From positions 20,584,001 to 20,648,000 of the forward strand of contig OZ365109.1 of assembly GCA_977030845.1 (NCBI GenBank): DNA of 64,000 nt. The letters are read 5' to 3'. Made by a program: the position numbers and the translations under genes. Source of the stretch: Fimbriosthenelais zetlandica (taxonomy: Eukaryota). Position 1 is the first letter of the stretch; every line of letters starts with the position of its first letter. This document shows positions 52,451 through 64,000 of this stretch, piece after piece. Under the pieces are notes generated by a model. That model saw only the letters and a program-made list of their open reading frames with translations. It ran no database searches and was not told the origin of the DNA.

Positions 52451-55400
52451 TTACAATTTAAACACAAGTATACTGGAATTAATGCCAGGAAGGGTTTAGA
52501 TCAGGGATTTATAATTGGATTAAAATGATGAGCTGAAAGATCTAGGTCAGGAAATGCCTTCGGCACAGAATGATCGTTATTTAATCGATCAGAATTTAAA
52601 TATACCATCAGCACTGACTTGGACAATTTACATAACAAAAGAGGAAGGGTGTAAAAAGGGGATTTAAGATGGCTAGAGGTTGGGAAGGAACTTTTTTAAG
52701 TAGTTCAATGGCATACTTTTTTCAGAGCATGCAGGCTCAGGTTACAGTTTTAGAAAAGTGTAAACTGGTAATTAAAAATATTTTCCAGGGCAAAAAGGGA
52801 AACATAATATAGATTTTATTCACTGTGCATACGGCCTTGCAGATGGCCTTGCAAACTGGATAGAGGGGACATACGTTTTCTTATTCTGCTGATTCTGAAT
52901 ACGTGGATAATTTGCATTTTGCAAGTTTCTAAGGACAATATCCACTGGCTATGTATGTATAATCATTAAGAAAATGCTTCAGTGGATATGGGGCATATAA
53001 CAACGGAATATCTACTAATATGTATAGATCCTTAGAGAAACTTCTGGTCTTATGAACCCAATTAAATCCTGATCCAATACTCCATATGCAATTGAAATAT
53101 TTATGATAACACAGCATATTACATCAATAGAAAGGACTACAATTCCCTATTACATATAGAATGCTTGTCTAAGTACCACTGTCCAGAACCATTACATCTG
53201 TTGCTTAAAGCGAACATCAGCAGCCCAGCTCTGTATCTCCCGGAGATATGGAATTAAAAGAAAACAAACAAAAAACAGTAGCCTGCCATTCATCTGCAAT
53301 ACACAGACGTGATTGAATCTATTCTACGATTGCTGGGCAAAATATGATGGAAGTGGCGGCCATTGAATTCAGGAGGAACTGTCCCCGACTCATCGGCTCC
53401 GGGGGTGGTGAATGTGGTAGGCCCGTCAGCCGCATACAATCAAATCACATTACATCAAAGGATTTACTTCATTTTTTTCATTATATATTGCCTTGGACTG
53501 GATCAAATGATCGCACCCTATGCATACATATATACAGTCGAGGTATAGGCAGAAGCTGGTGCCCAGAGGATTTAATGGGATTTCTATGTATTGCAGCGAA
53601 TGCCTAATATAGTGTATTGAACATATGACCAGAGCTTGCTCAGAGTTGGATTACTCCTCTCATGTGAAGGGCCACGTGAGGGACTTGCTTCAATAGGATA
53701 TAACTCAGGAGTTAGAGCGCCATTAAAACACACAATGAGGGGCTATGGACATGAGCGTCAAATTTCAAAGGCATTTATATTAATGCTATAATGGGACAAG
53801 CTCAGGTCCATTATCTCAATGGAATAACTATAGCCCAGTCCCTTCAACATTCATTGATCTATAATAAAGGGAGGGAGAAACGAGATAGGAGAAGTAAATG
53901 ATATGAATACAGGTTTAAGGTTGTGAATTGGGATCCTATAATAGAACTAATTGAGTCAACAAAAACTTCAAGCTTTAAATAAAGATAAAAGTGCGATATC
54001 AAAAAATGAGTTTACCTCAAAAGAAAAAAAACTCCTTACTTGAAAATAATATTCATGATATATTTAAGCAATCGGTTCCAATTTCATTTTAAATTTAACG
54101 GAGACGCATAAATATAAAGTGAGTACTGTATTTTAACTTCATGTGAGCAATTTTTCACTTTTATCCGGAAGGGACCAACTTGCTGTTCCATGTAGGATAT
54201 ACGTTGTTGGTGCACAATAGCCTGCCCTTTGCTAAAGGTCACAATGCAATTTCTTTTACATGATGCATGAGAATGCATTTTCTTTCTTCGGCACTTTCGG
54301 CCAGTCAGTCCCAAACCTAACTGAGGTCAACCATGCATTATGTAGGGGAATAAGGGCCTAATTGTTTCGCATGGATGAAACAAGTTGCTCAGGAGTAAGT
54401 CACTTTATGAAATTAACGAGACATCAACAGCCAATGATGAGACTGGTGGGCGGGGCTTTGAAGATGGTCTATAGTTTCCAAGAGGCAATTACCTGATAAC
54501 GACCATCTTTTAAACTCCAACTTCACCATGTTATTGGCTTAGCTTTGAGGACTTCCCTTCCATAACTCTTAAATCTGGAGACCAGAAAAAAAGTGTACTC
54601 CAGCAGCGGGATTAGGGTCCCCTGGCAGATGGTCTTAAAACTGTTGATGCACAATCTTTTTCTCTATCAAACTCATTCACAAATTTTTAGATATAATCAG
54701 AAACCCAAATGAGAACCCTAGATGAGGAGAAAATTGATACCGACTTGTAGTTTGGCAACTTATTATGACAAATTATTGAGAAAAAGAAATCATTTTTGTA
54801 TTAATTAGTGGGCTGGGGATTTTGCATAATTCAATAGTGATTTGAACTGAGATTTTAATCTGTATGAGTATACAATACATCTTGTCAGGGGAAGGCACAC
54901 AGAGGCAGCAGTGGGATCCAAAGCCTTGTTAAGAAGGTGGCAAGAGTAGAATAGACCTGGGAGTGTCACTGTGATAGTATCATTGATTGTGTCTCCCTAC
55001 CATGTTGCCTTGTCATCTCCAGAAGCTGGCTTCATCCAGAGCAGTGTTCAGCAGGGGGGAAATGTGACAAAAACCCTAGCCTTGTAGCTATCTTCTCTGG
55101 TGGGGACGGGGGGGGGGGGTGGGGGTGGGGATGGGGACGGAGGATGGGGGTGCATGGAGGAATGGAGGAGCAAGGAAAGGGACAGGAATGGTAAGGGGCT
55201 GAGGAGTATTTAGGGGAAAAGGGATCGAGAGGGAGGGCTCCCACCCCTCCCTCCCTCCCCACCCAAAGGAAGGGGTATAGCCATGGTGGGTTGGGGCTCA
55301 TTATGTTCAGAGAATGAAAGAAAAAAACAGTGGATGATCAGGGAACCTATGGCAAGCCAAATCCAAGTATTCAATACACTGGATCTAACAAAATGAACAT

Positions 55401-58400
55401 GGAGACTATGGTAACTCAAACCCATAGAGTTTAGATCTCATGAAATGAAATTTATAATAAAAATAATGGGAATCTATATCCGAAGATGGAATCAGCACAG
55501 AATCTCAAAGAATGGACATATTAGAGCCTATGGTAGACCAAATCCATGCATTCTAAGAAATTAAATTTAAAAAAATCCATTAGTTAGTACCTCAATATTA
55601 TCATAGCAACATTGATAAGAAAAATATTTTAAAAGTAACACTTCAGAAGCAAAAAAAGCTCCTGCGCTATATTAGGCCTATTCATTATCATAAAAAAGGT
55701 CCCCCCCCCCCGGATTGATTATAGATCCATAGAAGATCCTAGGTCTTAACTTCGCGCTCCATACACAACTCTCCTATAAGGCGACTAAATCCTGACAGTA
55801 CAGGGTGTTTGCATAGAGGGTGTTAAGCGCCCTGGAGGCCTTCCTGCATACCCTAACACGTCCCCAACCCAGGCACATTGTCAGAAAAAGCAGGAAAAAA
55901 GCTCATCCTACAAATCATATGCATGAGAAGGAGGAAGGGAATAAAATCACTAAAGCTGTCTGCCTTGTTCCTATGGCATTGGCCCATAGCAGTTATGCTC
56001 AAGCATTGCAGTTACGCCAGTGCATACGAGTAACTGGTATACAAAAAATAGCAATTACGACAAGGCATAACAGTAATGCCATGGCAAACATTTATATTTA
56101 GATGGGCTACCACAACCAACGTGAATCTAATGTCAATGAGGCAAAATAAAACAATGGCTAATAAAGGAACTATGGCACAATACTATGTTGCATGTTAGGC
56201 GAGACTACAGCCAGAAGAAGTTGGGTATTCTATATAGAAGGCTTACACGCATCTATTAGATGATGCTATAGGCCTACAGTTTGTAACTTCTTTAGCAGGA
56301 AGGCACAACATGCACAACTATCAGGTATCCCGAAATACTGAAAACATAAAGGACTACATCCTAAGGTTCTTTCCGTGCATAAAGGGGATGCCGAATCTGG
56401 CATACCTGTAACTGGGATTGCCTTTATTATAGCCTATATCCACTGTGCAATACAGGCTTGCAATAATTGCATGCAAATCAATGCTTTGAGATAGTTGCAG
56501 TTAGCTGCATGGAAGCAGCCTATCACAAAGCACTAAGCTGCAAGCCTTACTGCTCAATTGATATAGGTTATTTTTTATTTTTTCTTCAAGCAAGATACCA
56601 ATAGGTTCCTATGGGCCATGATAAGTTAATCACATACTGGGACTGTATGCAGTCGACCCAGGCTGTGCATAACCGATCCAATGTGCATAACCGATCCAAT
56701 GATCCAAGCATAGAAACCTGGTGAACGAAACTTACGAGGGGACAACGCAAAAATAATGAAAAACTAAAGCATTCTGATGGAGTGGGGCACTTCAAATTCA
56801 ATTCAAATCTTCATCGACTTCAGTAGGAATTTCTCTAAGGATTTAGAGTAATGGATTGGAGTGTCACCTTCATATACAACTTTTACTTGCCTGGAGCTGA
56901 CTTTAGAGAGCAGAAGGTCACAGTCTGTTATATAGTGAAGGTCGTGCTCTTCACTGTTGCTGGTAACAATGGATGTGTTACCATAGTGAAAGGCACAGGG
57001 TCACCGAGAGAGCAACACAGGATGCAGCTTTCTGGCGAGCAGGAAGGACATCTGGCGTCAAAATAACGGACTGCAGTGAGGCTTATCTTCATGATCCATT
57101 GACTGACTAGACTACAGAGCTGTACGCCATTGATGGCTTGATAAGTTACCTGGCTGGGGTCCGACTACTACTATAGACTGTGTAATAGGCTCACCGAGTG
57201 AGGCTATTGCTTAATCTGGATTAAATCATTCTTACAAGTACTGACCAAGGGCGAACTTTGACTTAGTCTGAAATGCATTGGTAAAAACCACTGAAAACCT
57301 GGTGCAGTTTAGTGTTTTCGTCATATTCACCCTCTAACATATATATATTGTTTAATAATCTATTTAGAATTAAGCCTCATATCATTTGGGCAATTTTCAC
57401 TAATTTTCAATAAATGGATTGTCCGTTATAAGTAATTTCTGGCTGACAGGAATTATCCTGGCCTACGTCAAGTGAGTTCCTGTTAGGCTACAAATTACTA
57501 TTTGTAGCTTATAACCAACGCCCACCCCAACCCACCCCCTCCACAATCCTGGATCCGCCCCTGAATCTGGTCAAGGTTGAACCATCCCCAGGGCCTATCT
57601 CACCCCCCAATCCACCTCTAACTGGCCAAGGTTGGCACCGCCCCGCCTTTCACAGTACTGCGCCCACACTTTTGTCTCTCTTCTGTCAGTAGAATTGCGA
57701 GTGGTGTGGTAGATATGGCAGTTGAGACCATAGAATAGTCAGGGTTAGCTAGTCGCCACAAAATCACAGCAATCGCAAGGCAAAAGAACGCCGATGGAAC
57801 TATCCCATTAAGGCACCCCAGAAACGCACTGCCACGTCAAAGGCTGGGGTAAATACCCCTTTACAAAGATATGCCAAGCTTACAGGTCTATTATCCAGCC
57901 CGACAAACCTGTCACATTATCTAGAATACATTATGCAGGAGATCAGACAGGTTACAATGCCAGAAGTACCCCACCTACATGGAATGGACTGATAATTCCT
58001 GAATGGCAGGATAATAGACGATTAATTAACAGTTCATGTACATAATTATCTAATAGCTGTCTTCAAAGAGGTTGGCAGAGAATAGGCATGCAACGGGGTC
58101 TTGGATTGCATGGGGGAAGGACTTGCATTTGCAATTCCATTGACGGATAGATTTCTCCTCACTCGCCCGCCATCGAACATGCAGTATCAATATGATATAA
58201 TATATTATTCCTCAATCAAATAAAGAATTTCTGATTTTATATTCTTTATTACAGATCGATATTTGGATATTATTGCATTCCCATACCATAACTCAATAAT
58301 TTAAAATTAATTCTATCATTTTTAAATAAGTAAAGGCCTATTTGAATTGTAATTCTACTATGCACAATTCCTTGAGATTCAAGAATTCAATCTAGATAAA

Positions 58401-60293
58401 TCTAAAGTATTTAAGAGCATTTTAAGCCTTGGTACCGTTTCTTATGAAGCAACAAATACAGTGGAAAACCACACATTCTAAGGTATAAAATTTGAACGAA
58501 ACGGAGTTTGCACACTGGATGTTTACACAGTATTACTAACTGTAGTTGATAGAAGCCAGTCAGTCATGCTGGGCTAAAATGTTGTTACGGAGGCTATACC
58601 TCAAAGAAATCTGGTTTGAGTTATACCTTTACCTAGACCTCAAATATACCGACAAGATCCCCAAGACTCACCGAGATATTTCATAGCATAGAGAATACCT
58701 ACCTACTAGGGGTACCTTCATAAAATTGCTGTAATAAGGGTGAACTTTGGGAGTCCATCCCAGAAATTGAGGTAATAGTTCCCAATACTTTCCGTTTGAA
58801 GGATTTTTGTAAAAATACTGCATGCATACTGTGAAATTGCAAGCAATTTAAGTACAAATTTCATAATATATTTGCATTTTTGATTGTACATTTGTTGTTG
58901 GGGAGTGGAGATTTGCAACTGTTCCAAAAGAATCAAATAGTTATATCTGGAATCCGTTGAGATAGACAAGATCAATGCATTCAATTCAAAAAGGCCAATG
59001 ATAAAACAATATTCACATATAATTAGATACATGTACTAGAGAAACCCTTGATCTAACCCGAGTTGCAAGATGAATCACTTTCTCAAAACTAACAAATTTT
59101 CACAAATGTTCCCACCAAAAGCACGTTCCAGTACCGAATGCTCAGGCCCATGCAGAACCTTATGAGAAATTCAAAATACATTTAAAACTCATTCACATAT
59201 CTGGTGTCAGAGGCTGCAACAAACTAAAAAAAGACCACACCTGGATTAGATCAGAACCTTGATGATGTATAGGCAGAGAGAGACAGGGGTCCTATAGCAC
59301 GAGACAAGGAGTAACGAGCCAGCTGGCTGAGCGGAGTAGGATTTGTTTGAAGTTCTATTAAATGTGCTCTAGCAATTCACCCTAGGTCCATTCATCAGTG
59401 TTTAGCTGGCCAGTAATGCCATTAGGGAATAGAAGCTCGCGAGCAGAGATTGTAACAGTCAGGTGCACACTAACACATTTAGTATGCACGGCATGTTGTC
59501 TATGTATATAGGATCCATGGTATATTATAATCGGCAAGTCATAAAAATGTAAAATACCAACAAAAGGATGGTTGAAACAGGAGTGCTCAGCACTTGACTG
59601 AATTTGGTGAATGTAAAATAAAAATGATGTTCAATTACCTTGTCATTAATTCTATTAAAATGAATGGTTATACAGTAGCGCACATTGTTGACATAGCTGT
59701 CATAAGTGAGTACACCCTTCACGACTTTGTCTAAATCAACTCGGAACATTTCAACTGATTTTACCTTAATTTCATGTAATATGAGTGTTACGAAAACAAA
59801 AATATACCACAGAAAGTCTATTCTGATGGTAAAGCTTCCAAAGCAATTGCAGGGAAGGTCTTGAACTTTTGGAACAAGAAACGGTCTACAGTACAGTATG
59901 TCACTTATGTGAGCTAACTGAACAAAAGGATATTATTACCACCCAAATAATTTCATTGAATAAGTTCTCCTTGAGACTCATATGGACATTGGGATTTCTA
60001 AACATATGGGGACTTGAGCATAATTATCCATGCTTCATGTTATTTTTTAGTTCAATAATCAAGAATAATAATTAGGCCTATAGCAATATTTTTCAGACTT
60101 CCTCAGACAGACCCGAATTCGCACAGGACCATCTGTAAAAGCCACCATTTCATATGCCCACATTTAACAGTAATTCCTCATTAGAGTAACTGTTGTCAGT
60201 ACACAAGAAACGGAGGAGAGGGAGAGATTCAAGGACACGACCTGAAATCCAAACTAGAAGGTCAATGTCAATTTATTCCCTTGTTTATATTGG

Positions 60294-60294
<1 letters not shown>

Positions 60295-60328
<34 letters not shown>

Positions 60329-60384
60329 CAGAGAGAGACAGAGAGAGAGAGAGAGACAGAGAGCGAGAGAGAGAGACAGAGAGC
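60295..60384. repeat. (GA)n/(GACA) microsatellite
   Basis: Direct reading; smaller GA, TC or TA tracts also at 11934-12008 and 21905-21980. Confidence 0.95.
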
Positions 60385-60554
60385 TCCGGCCCTTCCACAG
60401 GAAACAATAGCTTCTCCACCGAAAGATGTGACAGCGGTTAATGTCAAGAGGCCATCGTAAACATGTCTGGTCTTTTGCTTCCAGACGTGCTACCCATCCA
60501 CCCCCCTCCCCCCCCCCCCCCCCCCCACCCCACCCCATCCCCTGATTAACTCAC

Positions 60555-60636
60555 CTGAGCTGGAAGCCCACCATGCTAAATGAAAGAGCCTGGGCCATCT
60601 TTCCCTTTCCTTTTTTACTCCCCGGAAAGGATGGAG
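60555..60636 (-). other. Candidate exon end with consensus donor (possibly the first exon)
   Basis: CAG|GTGAGT at 60555|60554. A possible acceptor cccacttctcatcttccag| at 60637|60636 gives an 82-nt exon; alternatively the exon starts at a TSS further upstream. Confidence 0.35.
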
Positions 60637-60896
60637 CTGGAAGATGAGAAGTGGGCGTTATTCAGAAGCCCCTTGCTTGCCTTTGAACCACTTCAGTGAG
60701 CAAGAGCGAAAATTTCCCTGATGAGGTTAGAAACTCTTCTAGTCTTACGATAGCAGGCTGTCAGTTGTATAGCTTCTGAAGCAATGGTTCCCGATGTGTT
60801 ATCTACATCCTAGTTGTTGGTAGGACCTTCCAGCTTCTGATGGCCAGGCACCCGGGAATACAGGTAAAAATCAATGAAACAATCGCCAAACAAGGG

Positions 60897-60945
60897 ATTG
60901 CCATGGCAACAAGCTTCCCCCAGCGTCCAATCACTTTTGCCCGCC
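60897..60945. promoter_or_regulatory. Promoter-like cluster: X-box, CCAAT, GC box
   Basis: ATTGCCATGGCAAC 60897-60910 (12-bp perfect palindrome core), CCAATCA from 60927, GCCCGCC 60939-60945. Confidence 0.45.
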
Positions 60946-61659
60946 GTCAGGTAGGTCAGTGACAGAGCATTCATATATACTGTCTAGAGAACAGGGTTTG
61001 GATTATATTTGGCAGCTTTATATGGGACTTTTTTCTACAGTCTGTTTCATAACATTTTGCAGGATCTTCGGAAAGGTTTATTGCCTAGTGCTCACTTGCC
61101 TGGGTGGAGGAGGTATGCTTAGGTCCATTAGTAAGTATGTAGTAAGAAGCCTGATAAGGTTATAGTCCCCAGGCGTGATGGAACTATCCCACACAAGGCT
61201 CAACTGATATGCCATGCAAGACATAGCCATACATATCTACGCTAACCAGCAGCATTTTAAACCACAGTCCTTTCAACATTTTGGGAAATTCTTCAGAAAT
61301 TCTTCATTAGCCTTTACCTGCCTTCATCAATTTGATGAGAAACAAAACCCAGTGTTGCACCGGTGCACCAGTTTATATGAGGTTTTGATTTTCAATTATT
61401 TTTTCTAAATATTTGGGCCAAAATCAGGGTTTGGTATATGATTGAAATAATATGAAAACAGGCAACATTTCAGTGATGTATAACAATCATACGACTGTAG
61501 CACACTTCAAAATACAGATAGGCCCAAATGGCTCTTCAGTCATTCCATAAAATGCAGTATTCCCGTGTAGTGACTATCATTTTCATACCATGACGTCCAT
61601 ATTTTCAATATTCAATATATCTCAACCTGGACAACAATGGATCAAAGTCTATATTTCAT

Positions 61660-61790
61660 TTACTCACAGTTCCTTTTTGAAATATTGACAAAAGGTTTGG
61701 TTTTTCACTGCCATTGACTGTGCACATCAATCCATCAGTGGGACAGGTAATGTATGGAATGAAGGGCAAGCTCTGAAACATTCGCTCACC
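61660..61790 (-). mobile_element. Possible DNA-transposon protein remnant
   Basis: QSLPFIPYITCPTDGLMCTVNGSEKPNLLSIFQK resembles a P.SL...DG.MR...KS.LL motif I recall from marine-invertebrate transposon ORFs. Confidence 0.2.
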
Positions 61791-62629
61791 CACCAATGAT
61801 ATATTATTGGCATTCAATAGGGGAGGCACAATCAATGACACATTGCGTCTCTTTACATCAGTGTGCCCACACAGGACGGTATGGATCATTTTCAACGATC
61901 CGAAACAAGATCAAAATGCATCCTCATGGACGGAATGGATTTGTTTAAATAGTGAAGGCATTCATCTTTGATGGAGATGTCGTGAAAAATTTGCCCTAAG
62001 CACTGCATGATGGCATCAGAATCTTTCTCACGTAAGCAATAGTGCATCAGAATAATATTAAGTCATCAAAAATGGACTTCGGAAGGGTCGGAAGTTCTGG
62101 CTTCATAATATTATGTACATGGATGTACAGTTAATGGTACAGAAAAATTAGGGATATATGCTTAGACTGTAGCAGATTAATTGTTTTCTCAAAGATTGAA
62201 ATTTTGGCAATACCGTTGTATTGCAAAGTCTGCTTCTTCACAAATACATGTATACATATCCAGGAGCTTGGATAAACCTGGATGAACCCTGCCTCAGGGC
62301 TAGTTATGTACATGTATAGTTATGTAACCTATTAAGTCAGACAAATAGCTACCAAGCCAATCAGATAATGCCTTCTAGCTTGCCTTCCAGAACGAGATTA
62401 CGTAATATACCCGATCATATACCTAGCAAATCTCAGACAGTATGGTGAATTGAGTGGTAAATTTCCACGATTTTGGAAAGGAGGTGAAAAAGTGGAGTGT
62501 CATGCCTCGGGGGCTTTAAAAATTATTAATTAAGCGACAATGAAAATTTCTACAAAAGGGAGACTCCTGGACCCCCCACCCTCCTCCCCATACCTCAGCC
62601 TGAACCTATATGAGCTAATATCACTAGAC

Positions 62630-62790
62630 TGGAAATAGAAGGAAGAGGTACTATGGAAGTTAATATCATATGGCAAGCTAATGTTAGGGAGAAAGGGCTG
62701 GTAGAGATCGATACACCAGTCTAGACAGTCAACTGACTGGAGGCAAACAAGAAAGGAAGACCTCAACCGGATTAATATTAAAGTGTTCTA
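62630..62790 (+). mobile_element. RTE-clade LINE 3' remnant
   Basis: KLISYGKLMLGRKG...DWRQTRKEDLNRINI resembles KQLLYGEL..GKR..GRP..RWKD..K.DLK...I. Confidence 0.4.
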
Positions 62791-63500
62791 CCGTCATGAT
62801 ACATGTTGACCAATATCTACTCCTCCATGCATAGTTAAAAGCTTTCAGAGATGATACTGGTGTTGCTGTTTGATGTATTTCTCGATGGGGTTTTTCATGC
62901 CAGACCAGATACAAGCATCGTTATGAAACTTACATCTATGCAATCCATTTAGATAATTTGGTTTCACATGTTAGTGAAACCAAATATTTTATCTTCATAT
63001 TTTATACTGAGTTGCAGAAATGCAGACGAGGATGCTCGCAAATGTGGGCATACATTGTATGGTTAGCAATTAAAATAAAGTCACATTGGTTTCAAACACT
63101 TTTCAATGACCATTATTCTCAGGATTGCCTTGGGCTATTTGGACTCCCATTTGCATCAATTCCCATAGAAAATAACAATGCATGGAAAATTAAGAAAAGA
63201 CAAGTTCCAGAAAATTTAAATGAACTGAGTTTTGGAACTGCTATAACATTGTGTTGGTGACTGATATGGAGTATTTCACATGTCACTTCTGAACTTCAGG
63301 AGCCAGAAATTAGGATACACCAGTACATTGCCTGGGGCCTGGCCTAAAGATAAAGCGTTTCGTCCACTAAGTAACCAGTTGGAACAAGTTCAATGTAAAG
63401 TTAAAACAAAACACACAAGTACCAGGATCAAACAAAACAAAAAACAGCCCGTGATATTTACACTGAAAAGATACCAGACCGTAAAATGATGGAGCTTGCA

Positions 63501-63689
63501 AAGGCCGTCCTCTACTGCTGCGATTTTACTTGCGACACTACTGCGAAAAAGTGATGCTTGTGTCACAATGATATTCATAATTTTTGGTCGAAGTGTCTCA
63601 GGCCTTAAGGCTGTCAACTACTGGTACACTTTTCAACATCACTATCGTGGTAGTGCCAAATGCAAAATCGCAGCAGTGGAGACTGGGTT
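63501..63689. mobile_element. ~190-bp MITE with long imperfect TIRs (Harbinger-like)
   Basis: ctctactgctgcgattttac (63510-63529) versus the reverse complement of 63662-63681, ctccactgctgcgattttgc (18/20); similarity extends to cacta...agtgatg. Confidence 0.7.
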
Positions 63690-64000
63690 TTAGTGTAAGC
63701 AGCTTAGACTAGGAGCTTAGACAGTAGGGTAGACATAAATAAAACTCCCAATGAGTATTGCTTAACAAATTAGAGTGGCTAGAGAGTCAATAATCCATCT
63801 GTCAGATTCCTATCGAACACCAACACAACGCTGCTGAATGTATTGAGCTGGAAAAGTAATACTCGCTTCTTAAGATGGTCAGAACTGCAAGCAAATAATG
63901 AGGCAGGTAGAGGTAACTATAATATTGATCGAGGATGATCAATATATGCTCAGGTACCAACTAAGGTACTGCCTTTTTACAGATATGAGGGTAAGCTATA

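Overview
Eukaryotic (animal) genomic DNA, AT-rich and almost entirely non-coding, with one 128-N gap at 35772-35899. Frequent TAGGCCTA words, long poly-G/C runs and the repeat content suggest a marine invertebrate such as an echinoderm; this is inference only. Most ORF-track entries look like chance ORFs or decayed transposon fragments. Recognisable remnants include Penelope-like and RTE/L1-like retroelements, Harbinger-type MITEs and a ~4.1 kb CACTA/EnSpm-like element carrying a spliced pseudogene. The one convincing host coding segment is a minus-strand P/G/Q-rich exon (4153-4725) whose PPQVPGGY repeats vary almost only at synonymous positions; I cannot name the gene. The most notable signal is two complete recursive-splicing (ratchet) sites on the minus strand, at 51542|51541 and 33483|33482. 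Each has a CTTAAY branch point, a long pyrimidine tract and AG|GTAAGT, followed 45 or 86 nt later by a second GTAAGT donor, the RS-exon architecture known from Drosophila and vertebrate long introns. With a candidate promoter (X-box, CCAAT, GC box) and a CAG|GTGAGT donor near 60.6-60.9 kb, this suggests a ~56 kb minus-strand intron removed stepwise. That gene model is inferred, not demonstrated. No CRISPR arrays, rRNA or intact tRNA genes were found.
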